A stretch of DNA of 64,000 nucleotides, taken from an uncultured Gemmataceae bacterium (GTDB taxonomy: Bacteria > Planctomycetota > Planctomycetia > Gemmatales > Gemmataceae). The notes below the pieces were generated by a model. That model made no database searches. It was given only the letters and a program-made list of their open reading frames with translations, and had not been told where the DNA came from. The stretch spans positions 2,592,001-2,656,000 of the forward strand of contig CAVVPN010000003.1 of NCBI GenBank assembly GCA_963750165.1, given 5' to 3'. Below, in pieces: positions 44,630 to 54,775 of the stretch. The translations under genes and the position numbers were made by a program. Position 1 is the stretch's first letter, and every line of letters starts with the position of its first letter.

Positions 44630-45847
44630 CTACGGGCTCGCCGCCTCGACCGACTCCACGCGGCTGACGATGCGCCCCCGCTCCACCACCGTCACCAACT
44701 GCTCGCCCGGCCGCACCTGCTCCGCCGAACGCACCACCGCGTTGTCCACCGCCCGCCGGGTCAGGCTGTAGCCGCGCCCCAGCACCCGCAACGGACTCAG
44801 CGTCTCCAGCTGTGCCGCCAGCGCCTCCATTCGTTGGCGCGCCCGCAACACCAGTTGGCGCGCCGCCCGTCCGCCGCGCTCCTCCAGTTCGTCGAGCCGT
44901 CGCGCCAGTTCGCGCACGCGCTCCAGAGGTTGGCGGAACACGCGCCGCTCCGCCAGTAAGCGCAACCGCTGCCGGGCCTGCCGCAACCGATTCGTCAGCA
45001 AATCGCGCATCCGCTCCGCAGTGCCGTCCAGCCCCTGCCGCAGTTCGTCGCGATCCGGCACCACCAGCTCGGCCGCTTCGCTCGGCGTCAGCGCCCGTTT
45101 GTCCGCAACCAGGTCCGCAATGGTCACGTCCGTCTCGTGACCGACCGCTGACACCACCGGGATGCGCGACTCGAAAATCGCCTGGGCGACGCCCTCGGCG
45201 TTGAACGGCCACAGATCCTCGACGCTGCCGCCGCCGCGGCCCAGCACGATCACGTCCACGTGGGCCAGGCGGTTCAACCAGCGCAGCGCCCGCGTCATCT
45301 CCTCCGCGGCGGTGTCGCCCTGGACACGCACCGGACAGACGTGAACCTCGGTCAACGGCCAACGGCGACCCAGAATTTCCAGCATATCGCGTACCGCCGC
45401 GCCGGTTGGGCTCGTGACCAGCGCCAGCCGCCGCGGAAAGCGCGGCAGTCGGCGCTTGCGCTTCGGGTCGAAGTAGCCGAGGCGAAACAGCTTCTCGCGC
45501 AGCTGCCGCAGCGCCAGCTCGACGGCGCCGATCCCTTTGGGCTCCAGCTGTTCGATCGCGAACTGGTACTTGCCCTGCGGCGGGTAGACGCTCACCCGGC
45601 CGCGGGCGATCACGGCCATGCCGTCGCGCAGCTCATAGCGCAGGCGCAGGGCGATGCCGCGGTACAGGACGGACGGCAGTTGTGCCTTCTCGTCCTTGAG
45701 CGTCAGGTACACGTGTCCCGAACTCGGCCGCGACAGGTTGGAGATTTCGCCCGTGACCCACACGTTGGCGAACCCCTCTTCGAGCAGCGCCTTGACCTCC
45801 TCGGTCAACTCGCTGACGCTCAGGATTTTCGCGGCACTATCGTTCAC
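44630..45847 (-). CDS. xseA: Exodeoxyribonuclease VII large subunit (start approximate)
   Basis: SGHVYLTLKD, VTSPTGAAVRD, GRGGGSVEDLW, SAVGHETD, LSPLRVLGRGYS. Confidence 0.95.
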   Translation of the reverse strand: MNDSAAKILSVSELTEEVKALLEEGFANVWVTGEISNLSRPSSGHVYLTLKDEKAQLPSVLYRGIALRLRYELRDGMAVIARGRVSVYPPQGKYQFAIEQLEPKGIGAVELALRQLREKLFRLGYFDPKRKRRLPRFPRRLALVTSPTGAAVRDMLEILGRRWPLTEVHVCPVRVQGDTAAEEMTRALRWLNRLAHVDVIVLGRGGGSVEDLWPFNAEGVAQAIFESRIPVVSAVGHETDVTIADLVADKRALTPSEAAELVVPDRDELRQGLDGTAERMRDLLTNRLRQARQRLRLLAERRVFRQPLERVRELARRLDELEERGGRAARQLVLRARQRMEALAAQLETLSPLRVLGRGYSLTRRAVDNAVVRSAEQVRPGEQLVTVVERGRIVSRVESVEAASP

Positions 45848-45888
45848 AAGGTTACTCCGATTTATCGTTTCGTGTCCCGATAAATCTG

Positions 45889-47506
45889 TCACGGCAACAC
45901 CCGCACCAGCACGATCGGCGCCCCTGCTCGTCGGTCAGGCGCCGCACCACTTCTGCCCGACGGCGCGGCCGCCACTGCTGCCACTCCTTCGCCTCCAGAA
46001 TACAGAACACCGGTTCACCTGACGAGGGCAAGTCCGCCGGGCTGTCCAGCCGCACCACCGGCCGGCCGTAATAGAACATGATGCCCTCATCCTTGAGTTT
46101 GAACAGGTACAGGACCAGCCCGCGCGGCACCAGTTCCGCCAGCAGTTGCCCCTTGGCGGCGGGTTCGCGGTTGGCGTTGCGCCGCGGCGTGACCGCGTGG
46201 ACGAACGCGACCTTGACGCCCAGCCACACCGCCAGCACCAGCACGAACACGGTCGCCGGCCGTGGGCCCGACACACGCCAGCGCAGCCGGCCGTCGAGCC
46301 ATGCAACCCACACCAGCGCCGCCAGCCCCGCGATGCCCGGCAGCAGCGGGAAGCTGTGCCGCGGCGTGTGCTCGCTCATCAGGCTCCAGATCAGCAGGTT
46401 CGGCCAGACCCAGCAGTGCAGCGCTTGCAGCAGCCGCCGGCCGCGCTCGTCCCAGCGGTCCGCGAAGCCGGGCCACAGCGCCAGCAGTGCCGCCAGCGAC
46501 CCGGGCAGCGCGGCCGCCCAGACGACCAGCGGGTGCAGCAGCGTTTCGCGCCACGGGTAGGGCCGCTCCGAGTACGTGGGCACGATGCGCTGCAGCGCTT
46601 CGCGGCGCACGGTGGCTTCAAACACCTCCCAGCCGGTGAGCGCGACCGCGGCGGCGGCCCACGCCAGGCACAGCGCCGCAGCCAGCGCGGCGCTAACGAG
46701 GTGCGGCGGTCGCAGCAGCAAACGCAGCTGGCCGCGGCGCCACAGCAGCGTGACGGCGGTGGCGTAGAAGAACGCGGGGGCGGTCCACTTGGTCAGGACG
46801 CCGCCGGCGACGCACGCCAGGGATGCGAGCCACCAGGGCCACTCCTGGGTCTGCCGCTTGCGGCCTGCGCGCTGATACCCTGTGAGGGCTGCACGGGTTG
46901 CAGTGCGCCAGGCCGCAAGCGGCAGACCAGCAGGGTTCCGGCGGCGTCGTTGTCCGCGGCGCCATCCAGCGCCCGCAGCAAAAACAGAATCGCGGCACTC
47001 ACCCATGCGACCTGCACCATGTCGATCTCGGCGGTGCCGGCCTTGTCCAGCCACAGCAGCGACAGCGGCAGCACCAGCGCCGCGACCAGCCCCGCCCGAC
47101 GGCCGAGTTCGCGGCCGAAGTACCAGTAGAACAGCAGCACCGTGAGCGTCGCCGCCAGCGCCGAGGGCAGCCGGGCCGTCCATGCCGTGACGCCGCCGAA
47201 CGGAGCGCTGCACAGCGCGATCAGCGCGTACATGCCCGGCGGCTTCGTGAACAGCGGTTCGCCGTACAGCGTCGGCACCACCCAGTTGCCGCTGCGCAGA
47301 AACTCCTGGGCGATGATCGCCCGCAGGCTTTCCGTGCGCCACAGTTCGCCGGCCCCGATGCCGTAAAAGAACAGCAGCCCGCACCAGGCCAGCACCACTG
47401 CCACGCAGACGGCCGGCCGGTCCAGGGCGGAGCGCGGCGCGGACGCGGACACCGTGGCGGCGAGCGCTTTCACGGGAGGGGGTGAAGGTGGCGAAAGGGT
47501 GGACAC
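45889..47506 (-). CDS. ArnT/PMT (GT-C) glycosyltransferase (frameshifts near 46867 and 45922)
   Basis: WVVPTLYGEPLFTKPP, ARLPSAL, IDM, LTKW; many TM helices. Confidence 0.85.
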
Positions 47507-47681
47507 CTGCAGCCTCCTTGCCGCTGGTTTAAGGGGTGGTTCGCAAAGAACGGGGGGATTCTACCATTGGCGCGGTCGCGCAGGGAATGGCAATTTGGCA
47601 AAGGAAGGCAGAACCGCCCGGGCCGCATCACATACAATGTACCGCCAGAGTTCGCGTCCCCGTCCGTCAGGAGATCCGCCG

Positions 47682-48413
47682 ATGCCGGCCGCCGTGCCGA
47701 GTCCGTACCTGACCGCTGACGGCGCCCGCCTCCGGGCCGAGCCCGCTGCGCTGCCGTCGCTGGCCCGCGCCCTGGCCGCCGTCGCGTTCCGCACCGATCC
47801 GGCGCAGCCCGGCTTCGCCCTGGTGGACCTGGGCGACACGCTGACACCGCTCGACTTCCGCCGCCTGCTCATCGACCTCGCCGCGGCGCTCGACGCCGTG
47901 TATCGGCAGGACTTCGGCCGGCCGCTGGACTTCGTGTCGATGAGCCAGTTCGACCAGCAGGTGACCACCAAACCGCACCTCGACGGCGGCCCTGCGGAGT
48001 CGCTGCTGCTGCTCGGCTACGAACCCAGTGCGGTCGCCAGCCGGCTCGAACTGGTGGACTTCACGCGCTGTGCGCTGGATCATGGGCTGACGCCGCGGCA
48101 GTTCCTCGATGAGGTGAACCCGACGTTCGGCCCCGGCGCGGCGCTGCTGCGGCCGTACGCGGTGCCGCTGACGGCGTGGCGGCCGGGGCACTATCAGGTG
48201 CTGCTCATCAACAACAGCACGCTCGGCCTGGCCGAGCGCGACCGCGGCATGCTGGGGTTGATGCACCACGCCGTCATCGACCGGCCCGACCCGGCCCAGG
48301 CGCGGCGCGTGAACTCTTTGATGTTGACGCCGGTGCCGCCTGGCACGCCGCCGCGCTTCAGCGCCGAGCAGGTGCGCGCGTTCGTCGAACGGCTGACGCC
48401 GCTGGCCTCGTAG
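47682..48413 (+). CDS. Hypothetical protein, possible Fe(II)/2OG dioxygenase fold
   Basis: PHLDG (HxD) and distal MHHA. Confidence 0.6.
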   Translation: MPAAVPSPYLTADGARLRAEPAALPSLARALAAVAFRTDPAQPGFALVDLGDTLTPLDFRRLLIDLAAALDAVYRQDFGRPLDFVSMSQFDQQVTTKPHLDGGPAESLLLLGYEPSAVASRLELVDFTRCALDHGLTPRQFLDEVNPTFGPGAALLRPYAVPLTAWRPGHYQVLLINNSTLGLAERDRGMLGLMHHAVIDRPDPAQARRVNSLMLTPVPPGTPPRFSAEQVRAFVERLTPLAS

Positions 48414-48440
48414 TACAGGCGGCCCGCCTGCACACTGTCG

Positions 48441-48782
48441 GTAGGACGGCTCTCCAGAGCCGTCGCTGCGACGTGAGACGGCTCTGGAGAGCCGTCCTAC
48501 TTCTACTGTGCGGAATGCGGGGAATGGAGAAGGTGTGGGACGGCTCTCCAGAGCCGTCGCTGCGACGTGAGACGGCTCTGGAGAGCCGTCCTACTTCTAC
48601 TGTGCGGAATGCGGGGAATGGAGAAGGTGTGGGACGGCTCTCCAGAGCCGTCGCTGCGACGTGAGACGGCTCTGGAGAGCCGTCCTACTTCTACTGTGCG
48701 GAATGCGGGGAATGGAGAAGGTGTGGGACGGCTCTCCAGAGCCGTCGCTGCGACGTGAGACGGCTCTGGAGAGCCGTCCTAC
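48441..48782. repeat. Tandem array of four family A REP doublets, 94-bp period
   Basis: 60-bp palindromes at 48441, 48535, 48629, 48723 separated by three identical 34-bp linkers. Confidence 0.95.
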
Positions 48783-48800
48783 GAATAGCTGGAGAGTCCC

Positions 48801-50714
48801 ATGCACGACTATCAGCCCGCCCTTTCGCTCGCCATCACCGTCGCCCGGGAGACCGGCGGCCGCCTGCGCGACGCCTTCCACGCGCCCGGCGGCCCCGTCG
48901 CGGTCGATGCGGAGGTTGAACAGCAGCTCCGCGAACGTCTGTTGCAGGGCATCCCCGGTTGGGCCTACCTGGGCGAGGAAACCGGCGCCGGCGGCACTGC
49001 GGGTGCGGAGCACTGCTGGGTGGTCGATCCGCACGACGCCACGACGCACTTCCTCAAGGGCCGCCGCGGCAGTTCGGTGTCGATCGCGCTGCTGCGCGAC
49101 GGTGAGCCGGTGCTGGGCGTCGTCTATGCTTTCGGCTACCCCGATGACGATGGCGACCTGATTGCCTGGGCGGAGGGCTGCGGCTCGCTCACGCGCAACG
49201 GCCAGCCGGTGCCGACGCCGCTGTCGGACGCGGACCTGGCCGACCCGGACACGCGCTTCCACCCCGGCATGATCGTCTATCTGACGCCCGACCTGGACGA
49301 CCGGCCGGTGCCGACGACGCGGCGTGTGGCCCCGGCGCGCTACGCCGCGCTGCCGAGCATCGCCTACCGGCTGGCGCTGGTGGCGGCCGGCGAGGGCGCG
49401 GCGACGCTGTCGCTGACGAACCCGTGCAGCTGGGATTACGCCGCGGGGCACGCCCTGGTCCGCGCCGCCGGCGGCGTGCTGGTGCAGGCGGACGGCAGCC
49501 CGGTCACCTATGGGCGCGACGGCGCCGGCGCCGTCGCTGCCGTGTTCGGCGGCGGCCCAATGGCGGTGGCGGCGCTGCGGCAGCGTGACTGGTTGACGGA
49601 GCCGACGGCCGAAATGCTGCGGCCCAGCCCCCAGGACCTGGCCCGGCCGTGGGCCGCCGAGCATCTGCTGCGGCCGACGCGCTACCGGCCGGTGCGCAAC
49701 GTGGCTGGCCGGGCGGTGCGACAGCCGGCGCTGCTGGCGCGGCGCAGGGCTGTCTGCTCGGCCAGCTGGCGGGCGACGCGCTGGGCGGCCTGGTCGAATT
49801 CAAGGGCGTGAGCAGCATCGCGGCGCTCTACCCCAATGGTTGCCGCGACCTCAAGGACGGCGGCACCTGGCGTAACCTCGCAGGGCAGCCGACCGACGAC
49901 TCGGAGCTGGCGCTGCTGCTGGCGCGGACGCTGGAGCGCGAGGGCCGGCACGACCCGGCGGCGGTGCTGGCGGCCTACGTCGATTGGGTCAATGATCCGC
50001 AGACGTTCGACGTGGGCGGCACCATCGGCCAGGCACTGCGGGCGGCGTCGCGCGCCACGACGAACGAGGACCGGCTGCGGCGCGTCGAGGCGGAGGCCAG
50101 CCGCAGCAGTCAGTCCAACGGTTCGCTGATGCGCATCAGCCCGCTGGGCATTTTCTACGCCGGCCGGCCGGACGCCGGCGCCGCGCAGGGCGCGTCGAGA
50201 GCCGGCTGACGCACGCCAACGCGGTGAGCGGCGACGCCTGTGCGGTGTTCGTCGCGGCGCTGGCGACGGCGATTGTGGGCGGCGACGCGGAGTCCAGTTA
50301 CCGCGCGGCGCTGCACGAAGCGGAGCGAGCGCAGGCACAGGCGTCGGTGCGGCAGGCGCTGCAGGACGCGGCCCAGGCGCCACCGGCGGACTACCAGTCG
50401 CAGATGGGCTGGGTGCTGATCGCGCTGCAGAATGCGTTCTACCAGCTGCTGCACGCGCCGAGCCTGGAACACGGCATTGTCGCCACGGTGATGAGCGGCG
50501 GCGACACGGACACGACCGGGGCGATTGCGGGGGCGCTGCTCGGGGCAGTGCATGGCCGCGAGGCGGTGCCGGCGCGCTGGCGGCGGGCACTGCTGTGCTG
50601 TCGGCCGCTGCGTGGCACGCCGACCGCTCATCCGCGGGCGCGCGAATACTGGCCGGTTGATGCGCTGGCGCTGGCGGAAGCGCTGCTGCGCGCGGGATGG
50701 CTGCGGTTTCATGA
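48801..50714 (+). CDS. Inositol monophosphatase-like / ADP-ribosylglycohydrolase fusion (several frameshifts)
   Basis: GEE, WVVDPHDAT, WDYAAG; then GDALG, PTDDSE, SNGSLMR, GGDTDT. Confidence 0.75.
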
Positions 50715-50740
50715 CGGCGCAACAGTGATTGGAGGTAACG

Positions 50741-51397
50741 ATGAACCGCTGGGGTGCGTTGGCGGTGGCGTTGTGCGTGGGCGGTGCAACCGTCCTGGCG
50801 GCCGGCCAGCCCGGGCCGATCATCTTCACCAGGGCCAGCGCGGGCAAGTTGCCGTCCGGCTGGAAGATCGACAAAACCGGCAAGGGCGCGGCGGGTGTCT
50901 GGAAGGTGGTGGCTGACGCCACCGCCCCGTCGAAGAAGGGCTACGTCCTGGCCCAGACCACGGCCGGCCCGAGAAAGGCTTTTAACCTTTGCGTCCTGGA
51001 AAAGAGCAACGTCAAGGATCTGGAGGCGACCGTCCACTTCAAGGCCGTCAAGGGCGACGATGACCAGGGCGGCGGCATTGTCTGGCGCTACCAGGATGCG
51101 AACAATTACTACATCGCCCGCATGAACCCGCTGGAGGACAACTATCGGTGCTACAAGGTGGTCGGCGGCGTGCGCAAGCAGCTGGCCACCAGGGAGGGCC
51201 TGAAAGTCGAGACGGGCACCTGGCACACGCTGACGATTCGCCAGATCGGCGACAGGATCGAGTGCTCCCTCGACGGCAAGAAATATCTGGAGCACACGGA
51301 CGGCGAGTTCGCCAGGGCGGGCAAGGTCGGCCTGTGGACCAAGTCGGACGCCCAAACGCACTTCGACCTCTTCACCGTCAAGAATCTGGAGAAGTAA
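50741..51397 (+). CDS. Secreted beta-sandwich protein (DUF1080-like)
   Basis: Signal peptide, GGGIVWRYQD..NYY, GKVGLWTKSD. Confidence 0.8.
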   Translation: MNRWGALAVALCVGGATVLAAGQPGPIIFTRASAGKLPSGWKIDKTGKGAAGVWKVVADATAPSKKGYVLAQTTAGPRKAFNLCVLEKSNVKDLEATVHFKAVKGDDDQGGGIVWRYQDANNYYIARMNPLEDNYRCYKVVGGVRKQLATREGLKVETGTWHTLTIRQIGDRIECSLDGKKYLEHTDGEFARAGKVGLWTKSDAQTHFDLFTVKNLEK

Positions 51398-51410
51398 GAT
51401 TTTTCGGTTT

Positions 51411-51456
51411 CGATTTCTCGGTTCGCGTGCGGTCAATAACGCGAACCGAGAAATCG
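51411..51456. terminator. Hairpin between convergent genes
   Basis: CGATTTCTCGGTTCGCGT / ACGCGAACCGAGAAATCG. Confidence 0.6.
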
Positions 51457-51563
51457 GGAGATGATTTCGGCGGGCGCCGCGAACCGGGGGCAGCGCGTCC
51501 TTGCACGCCTTGAGAAACGCCCACCCCGCGATCCGCGGCGGCCGCCGGTAGCGCCGTACCCTT

Positions 51564-52037
51564 TCACGGCACGAAGCGCGGCAGTTGCTCACGGGTGAAG
51601 CGGTCTTGCTGGGCCTCCGTCCACATGAAGAAGTCGCGCGGCGAGCGAGCAAAGGGGTGGCTCGGGAACGTCGGCGGCCCGGGCACGGGACCTGGGCCGG
51701 CCGGCAATGCTCCCTTGGCTGGCGGCATGGCGTAGCTGGGGATCATCGGTTTGCCGTTCGGCCCGACCACCGGCACCGGCGTCTGGACGGGCTGGTTTTT
51801 CGGGCCGGGCCGGAGACCGTTGAACGGCTCCCAGGGTGGGCGGACGCAGTAGATCGGCCCGTACAGGGTGCCGTCCCAGTTGTAGTAAAAGTAGCCAGGA
51901 CCACAGGCGTCCGGCGCGGGCGGCGCGGGTGGCGGACACTGGTATTGCGGTGCATAGGAAGGGTACTGGGCCGGCGCCAGCGGGGCGGCCAGGGCCACGC
52001 AGCCGGCCGCCCACAACAGAGGCGTGAGCGCTTTCAT
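51564..52037 (-). CDS. Pro-rich secreted hypothetical protein
   Basis: Own RBS AAGGAG; MKALTPLLWAAG leader; HPFARSPRDFFM. Confidence 0.7.
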   Translation of the reverse strand: MKALTPLLWAAGCVALAAPLAPAQYPSYAPQYQCPPPAPPAPDACGPGYFYYNWDGTLYGPIYCVRPPWEPFNGLRPGPKNQPVQTPVPVVGPNGKPMIPSYAMPPAKGALPAGPGPVPGPPTFPSHPFARSPRDFFMWTEAQQDRFTREQLPRFVP

Positions 52038-52310
52038 CGGGGACTCCTTTCGGCAGGTCGCTCCGTTGCGAAGACGGCATCCGTCTTCCCCGAGAACCTT
52101 ACCCCAGGATGCTCCGCGCGGCCGGGAAAAAGATGCCGCGGTTGCGCATTTCCCCGCTGGCCTGGTGGGAAAGCACCGCCCGTGCGTGAAGCGCGGCACG
52201 CTGCCGACAACAACACAAGCCTGGGGCCCCTTGCGGAGGTCCCAGGCTTGCGACGCGAAGGGAGTCGAGCGGTGGATCGTCTCTCGTCGCGGCGGGGGGC
52301 CTTTTCTGTC

Positions 52311-52383
52311 GCTTGCGGCTTGGCGCTCTTCACGTGGGGCAGCCATTCCTGTCTGCCCCACGGTCAAGCGCCAGGCCGCAAGC
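52311..52383. repeat. Nested palindromes (family D arms around a family C unit)
   Basis: GCTTGCGGCTTGGCGCT .. CGTGGGGCAGCCATTCCTGTCTGCCCCACG .. AGCGCCAGGCCGCAAGC. Confidence 0.75.
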
Positions 52384-52407
52384 GGCGGAAAAGACAGCCC
52401 GACTCGA

Positions 52408-52853
52408 TTAATGGCCGTAGGGGCCGTAGGGCATCGGGGCGCCGGGGCGCAGGCCGGGGCGCCGCCGAGCGGGGCGTTGGGCACCGCCCACTGCATGGTC
52501 GGGCTGACAAACACCGGCGCGAACTGGATGCGACCGGCGCCGCCGCACGGCCCGCAGCCGCCACCGCCGCCACAGGCGGCGTTGATCTGGTAGCCGTGGT
52601 TTTTGTAGTAGGCCACCCAGTCAATGTGGTCCAGCGCCCCGTAGTAGCGGCGCAGGGCGTCGTAGTAGTCGTGCCAGAAGCGCTGCAGCCGCTCTTCTTC
52701 GCAGGACAGGCCGCGGTTGCGCTGGGCGAAGATGTTCCACCACGGCTGGTAGCCGCCGTAGTTCATGCTGCCCCAGTCAGCGCGGCTGGCCTGGGCCGTT
52801 GCCACGAACATCCCCGCCACCGCGCACGCCAGCAGAATAAATCGTTTCATCAT
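52408..52853 (-). CDS. Tyr/Trp/Gly-rich secreted hypothetical protein (frameshift near 52440)
   Basis: AGGAG RBS, signal peptide, RLQRFWHDYYDALRRYY; one added base gives end MPYGPYGH-stop. Confidence 0.65.
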
Positions 52854-53154
52854 GGCTCCTTGGACAGATGCCCCCGGTCTCCCAGGCAGCCGGCTCAGCG
52901 GCATCACGACCGGTCGGCCGTGCCTTCGCGTGCTGATCGCTGCCGCCCAGGGCGGTTCCTTGCCGCGGCCCTCTTCCCTGCAAGGCCGCTGTTTTCAGCA
53001 CAACTAGCATCGACCGAAACCCCGCCAAACCCCGAAGAAAAAAGCTCTCCCCGAGTCCCCTTCCGCTGGGTATTTTCCCGTCGCGCGCCACAACCGCTAG
53101 CGCTTCGCCAAAGTGCCCGGCTTGCCGCCGGGGAAAAACCAGGGCGATTCGGGG

Positions 53155-54558
53155 TCAGCGGACCAGTTCGCGCTCGACGCGCTCGAGGATTTCACGGACG
53201 CGCAGCGGACGTTCGCCCAGCGTCAGCACGCCGTCATCCTGCACCCACTGCCGCACTTTCTTCTCGGCGGCGACGACGGTGCTGTGCGTGCGCTTGCCGA
53301 AGTGTTTGCCGATCTCGGTGTAGGTGGCGGCGGTGTGCTTGCGGCCCAGGAACATCGCCAGCATGCGCGGGTGCGACCACGCCCAGGCCCGCTGCTTCGA
53401 CTGCAGCGCTCCCGCTTCGAGCCGGAGCACGCCGCACACCGCCGCGTCCACGTCCGCCAGCTGCACCACGCGGACCACGTGCCGCAGCACGTCGCCCAGC
53501 GCCTCGCGCGCCAGGGCCACGTCCACGCGCTTGCCGGCGACCCGGCCGTAGTGCTGGACGCTGTGCAGCGCCCCCTCCAGCTCGCGGACGTTGCCGCGCA
53601 CCTGTTCCGCCAGGTAGCGGAGCACGTCCTCGCCCAGCGCCGGCGTGCCGCGCGCCATCCTGGCCCGCAGCAGGTCGAGGCGGGTGGCGGCGTCCGGCGG
53701 CAGCAGGCCCCAGACCGCCCCGCCGAGCAGCCGATCCGCCAGCTCCGGCATGAACTCCTCGCCCAGCCGGGGGTGACAGTCGCACGTCACCACTACCTGG
53801 ATGCCATCCGCCAGCAGCGCGTCGAAGGTGTGCAGGAACTCCTCCTGCGTCGCCTTCTTGCTCGCCAGGAAGTGCAGGTCGTCGAGCAGCAAGGCGTCGC
53901 ACTCGCGGAACTGCCGGCGGAAGGCGCTCAGCTTGCCGAGCCGCATCGCCTGCACGAAGCGGTTCGTAAAATCCTCCGCGGTCACGAAGCAGACGCGCCA
54001 CTCCGGCTGGCGCTTGCGCAGGCCAGCGTAAATGCCCTCCAGTAAGTGCGTCTTGCCGGTGCCGACCGGGCCGTGCAGCACGAGCGGGTTGGCGTCCTGG
54101 CCGGGGGACTCGACGACGCTGAGCGCCGCGGCGTGGGCGACGCGGTTGCAGGGACCGACCACGAAGTCGTGCAGGTGCCGCCAGCGCCGGCCGCGCGTTT
54201 TCGCCTTCTCTGGCCGTGGCACAGGCGTCCCGCCTGGGTGGGGTTCTTTCACAGGCGTCCCGCCTGTGCCACGAGGCACCTCGTCGCGGCGAGCCTCCTG
54301 AAACAGCTCGGGGTCGATGACGAAGCGCACGGGGCAGGGCTGGCCGAAGACATCCGCGGCCGCGAGGCGGACCACGTCGGTGAACTGTTTTTGCAGCCAG
54401 TCCTGGTAGAAATGGTTCGGCACGCCGACGACGACAGCGTCGCCGGAGCAGTCGATTTTCGTCTTGTGGAGGAACCACAGGTTGTAACGGGGTTCGCCGA
54501 TCCGCAGGGCGATAGCCTGCCCCAGGGCCGACGCCACCTCGGGCTCGCTGGTCGTCAA
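53155..54558 (-). CDS. dnaA: DnaA family replication initiator (likely TTG start)
   Basis: FVVGPCNR, NPLVLHGPVGTGKTHLL, LLLDDLHFL..K.ATQEEF, NVRELEGAL, RTHSTV. Confidence 0.92.
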   Translation of the reverse strand: MTTSEPEVASALGQAIALRIGEPRYNLWFLHKTKIDCSGDAVVVGVPNHFYQDWLQKQFTDVVRLAAADVFGQPCPVRFVIDPELFQEARRDEVPRGTGGTPVKEPHPGGTPVPRPEKAKTRGRRWRHLHDFVVGPCNRVAHAAALSVVESPGQDANPLVLHGPVGTGKTHLLEGIYAGLRKRQPEWRVCFVTAEDFTNRFVQAMRLGKLSAFRRQFRECDALLLDDLHFLASKKATQEEFLHTFDALLADGIQVVVTCDCHPRLGEEFMPELADRLLGGAVWGLLPPDAATRLDLLRARMARGTPALGEDVLRYLAEQVRGNVRELEGALHSVQHYGRVAGKRVDVALAREALGDVLRHVVRVVQLADVDAAVCGVLRLEAGALQSKQRAWAWSHPRMLAMFLGRKHTAATYTEIGKHFGKRTHSTVVAAEKKVRQWVQDDGVLTLGERPLRVREILERVERELVR

Positions 54559-54775
54559 GGTTGCCTCCCGGCGCACCTCGACTGCACGAGCGCTCCTCGC
54601 TCAGCACAGCTCGTTCCGCAGAAAAACTTCGATACGCCGCGCGGTCCGCGAAGGACCATGCGAGGCCGCGCGGGTAGGGGAAAAGAGACGTGCAATTCTA
54701 AACGACGCGGCCGGCACCGCAAGCGAAATGGCGAGACGGCGGACGGAACCACGGCGCGGCACAGCGTCCCGACCG

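Noticed and set aside
48441..48782. Possible CRISPR array
   Set aside because: Spacers are identical, the 60-bp repeat is a dispersed palindrome found elsewhere in the window, and no cas genes are present.
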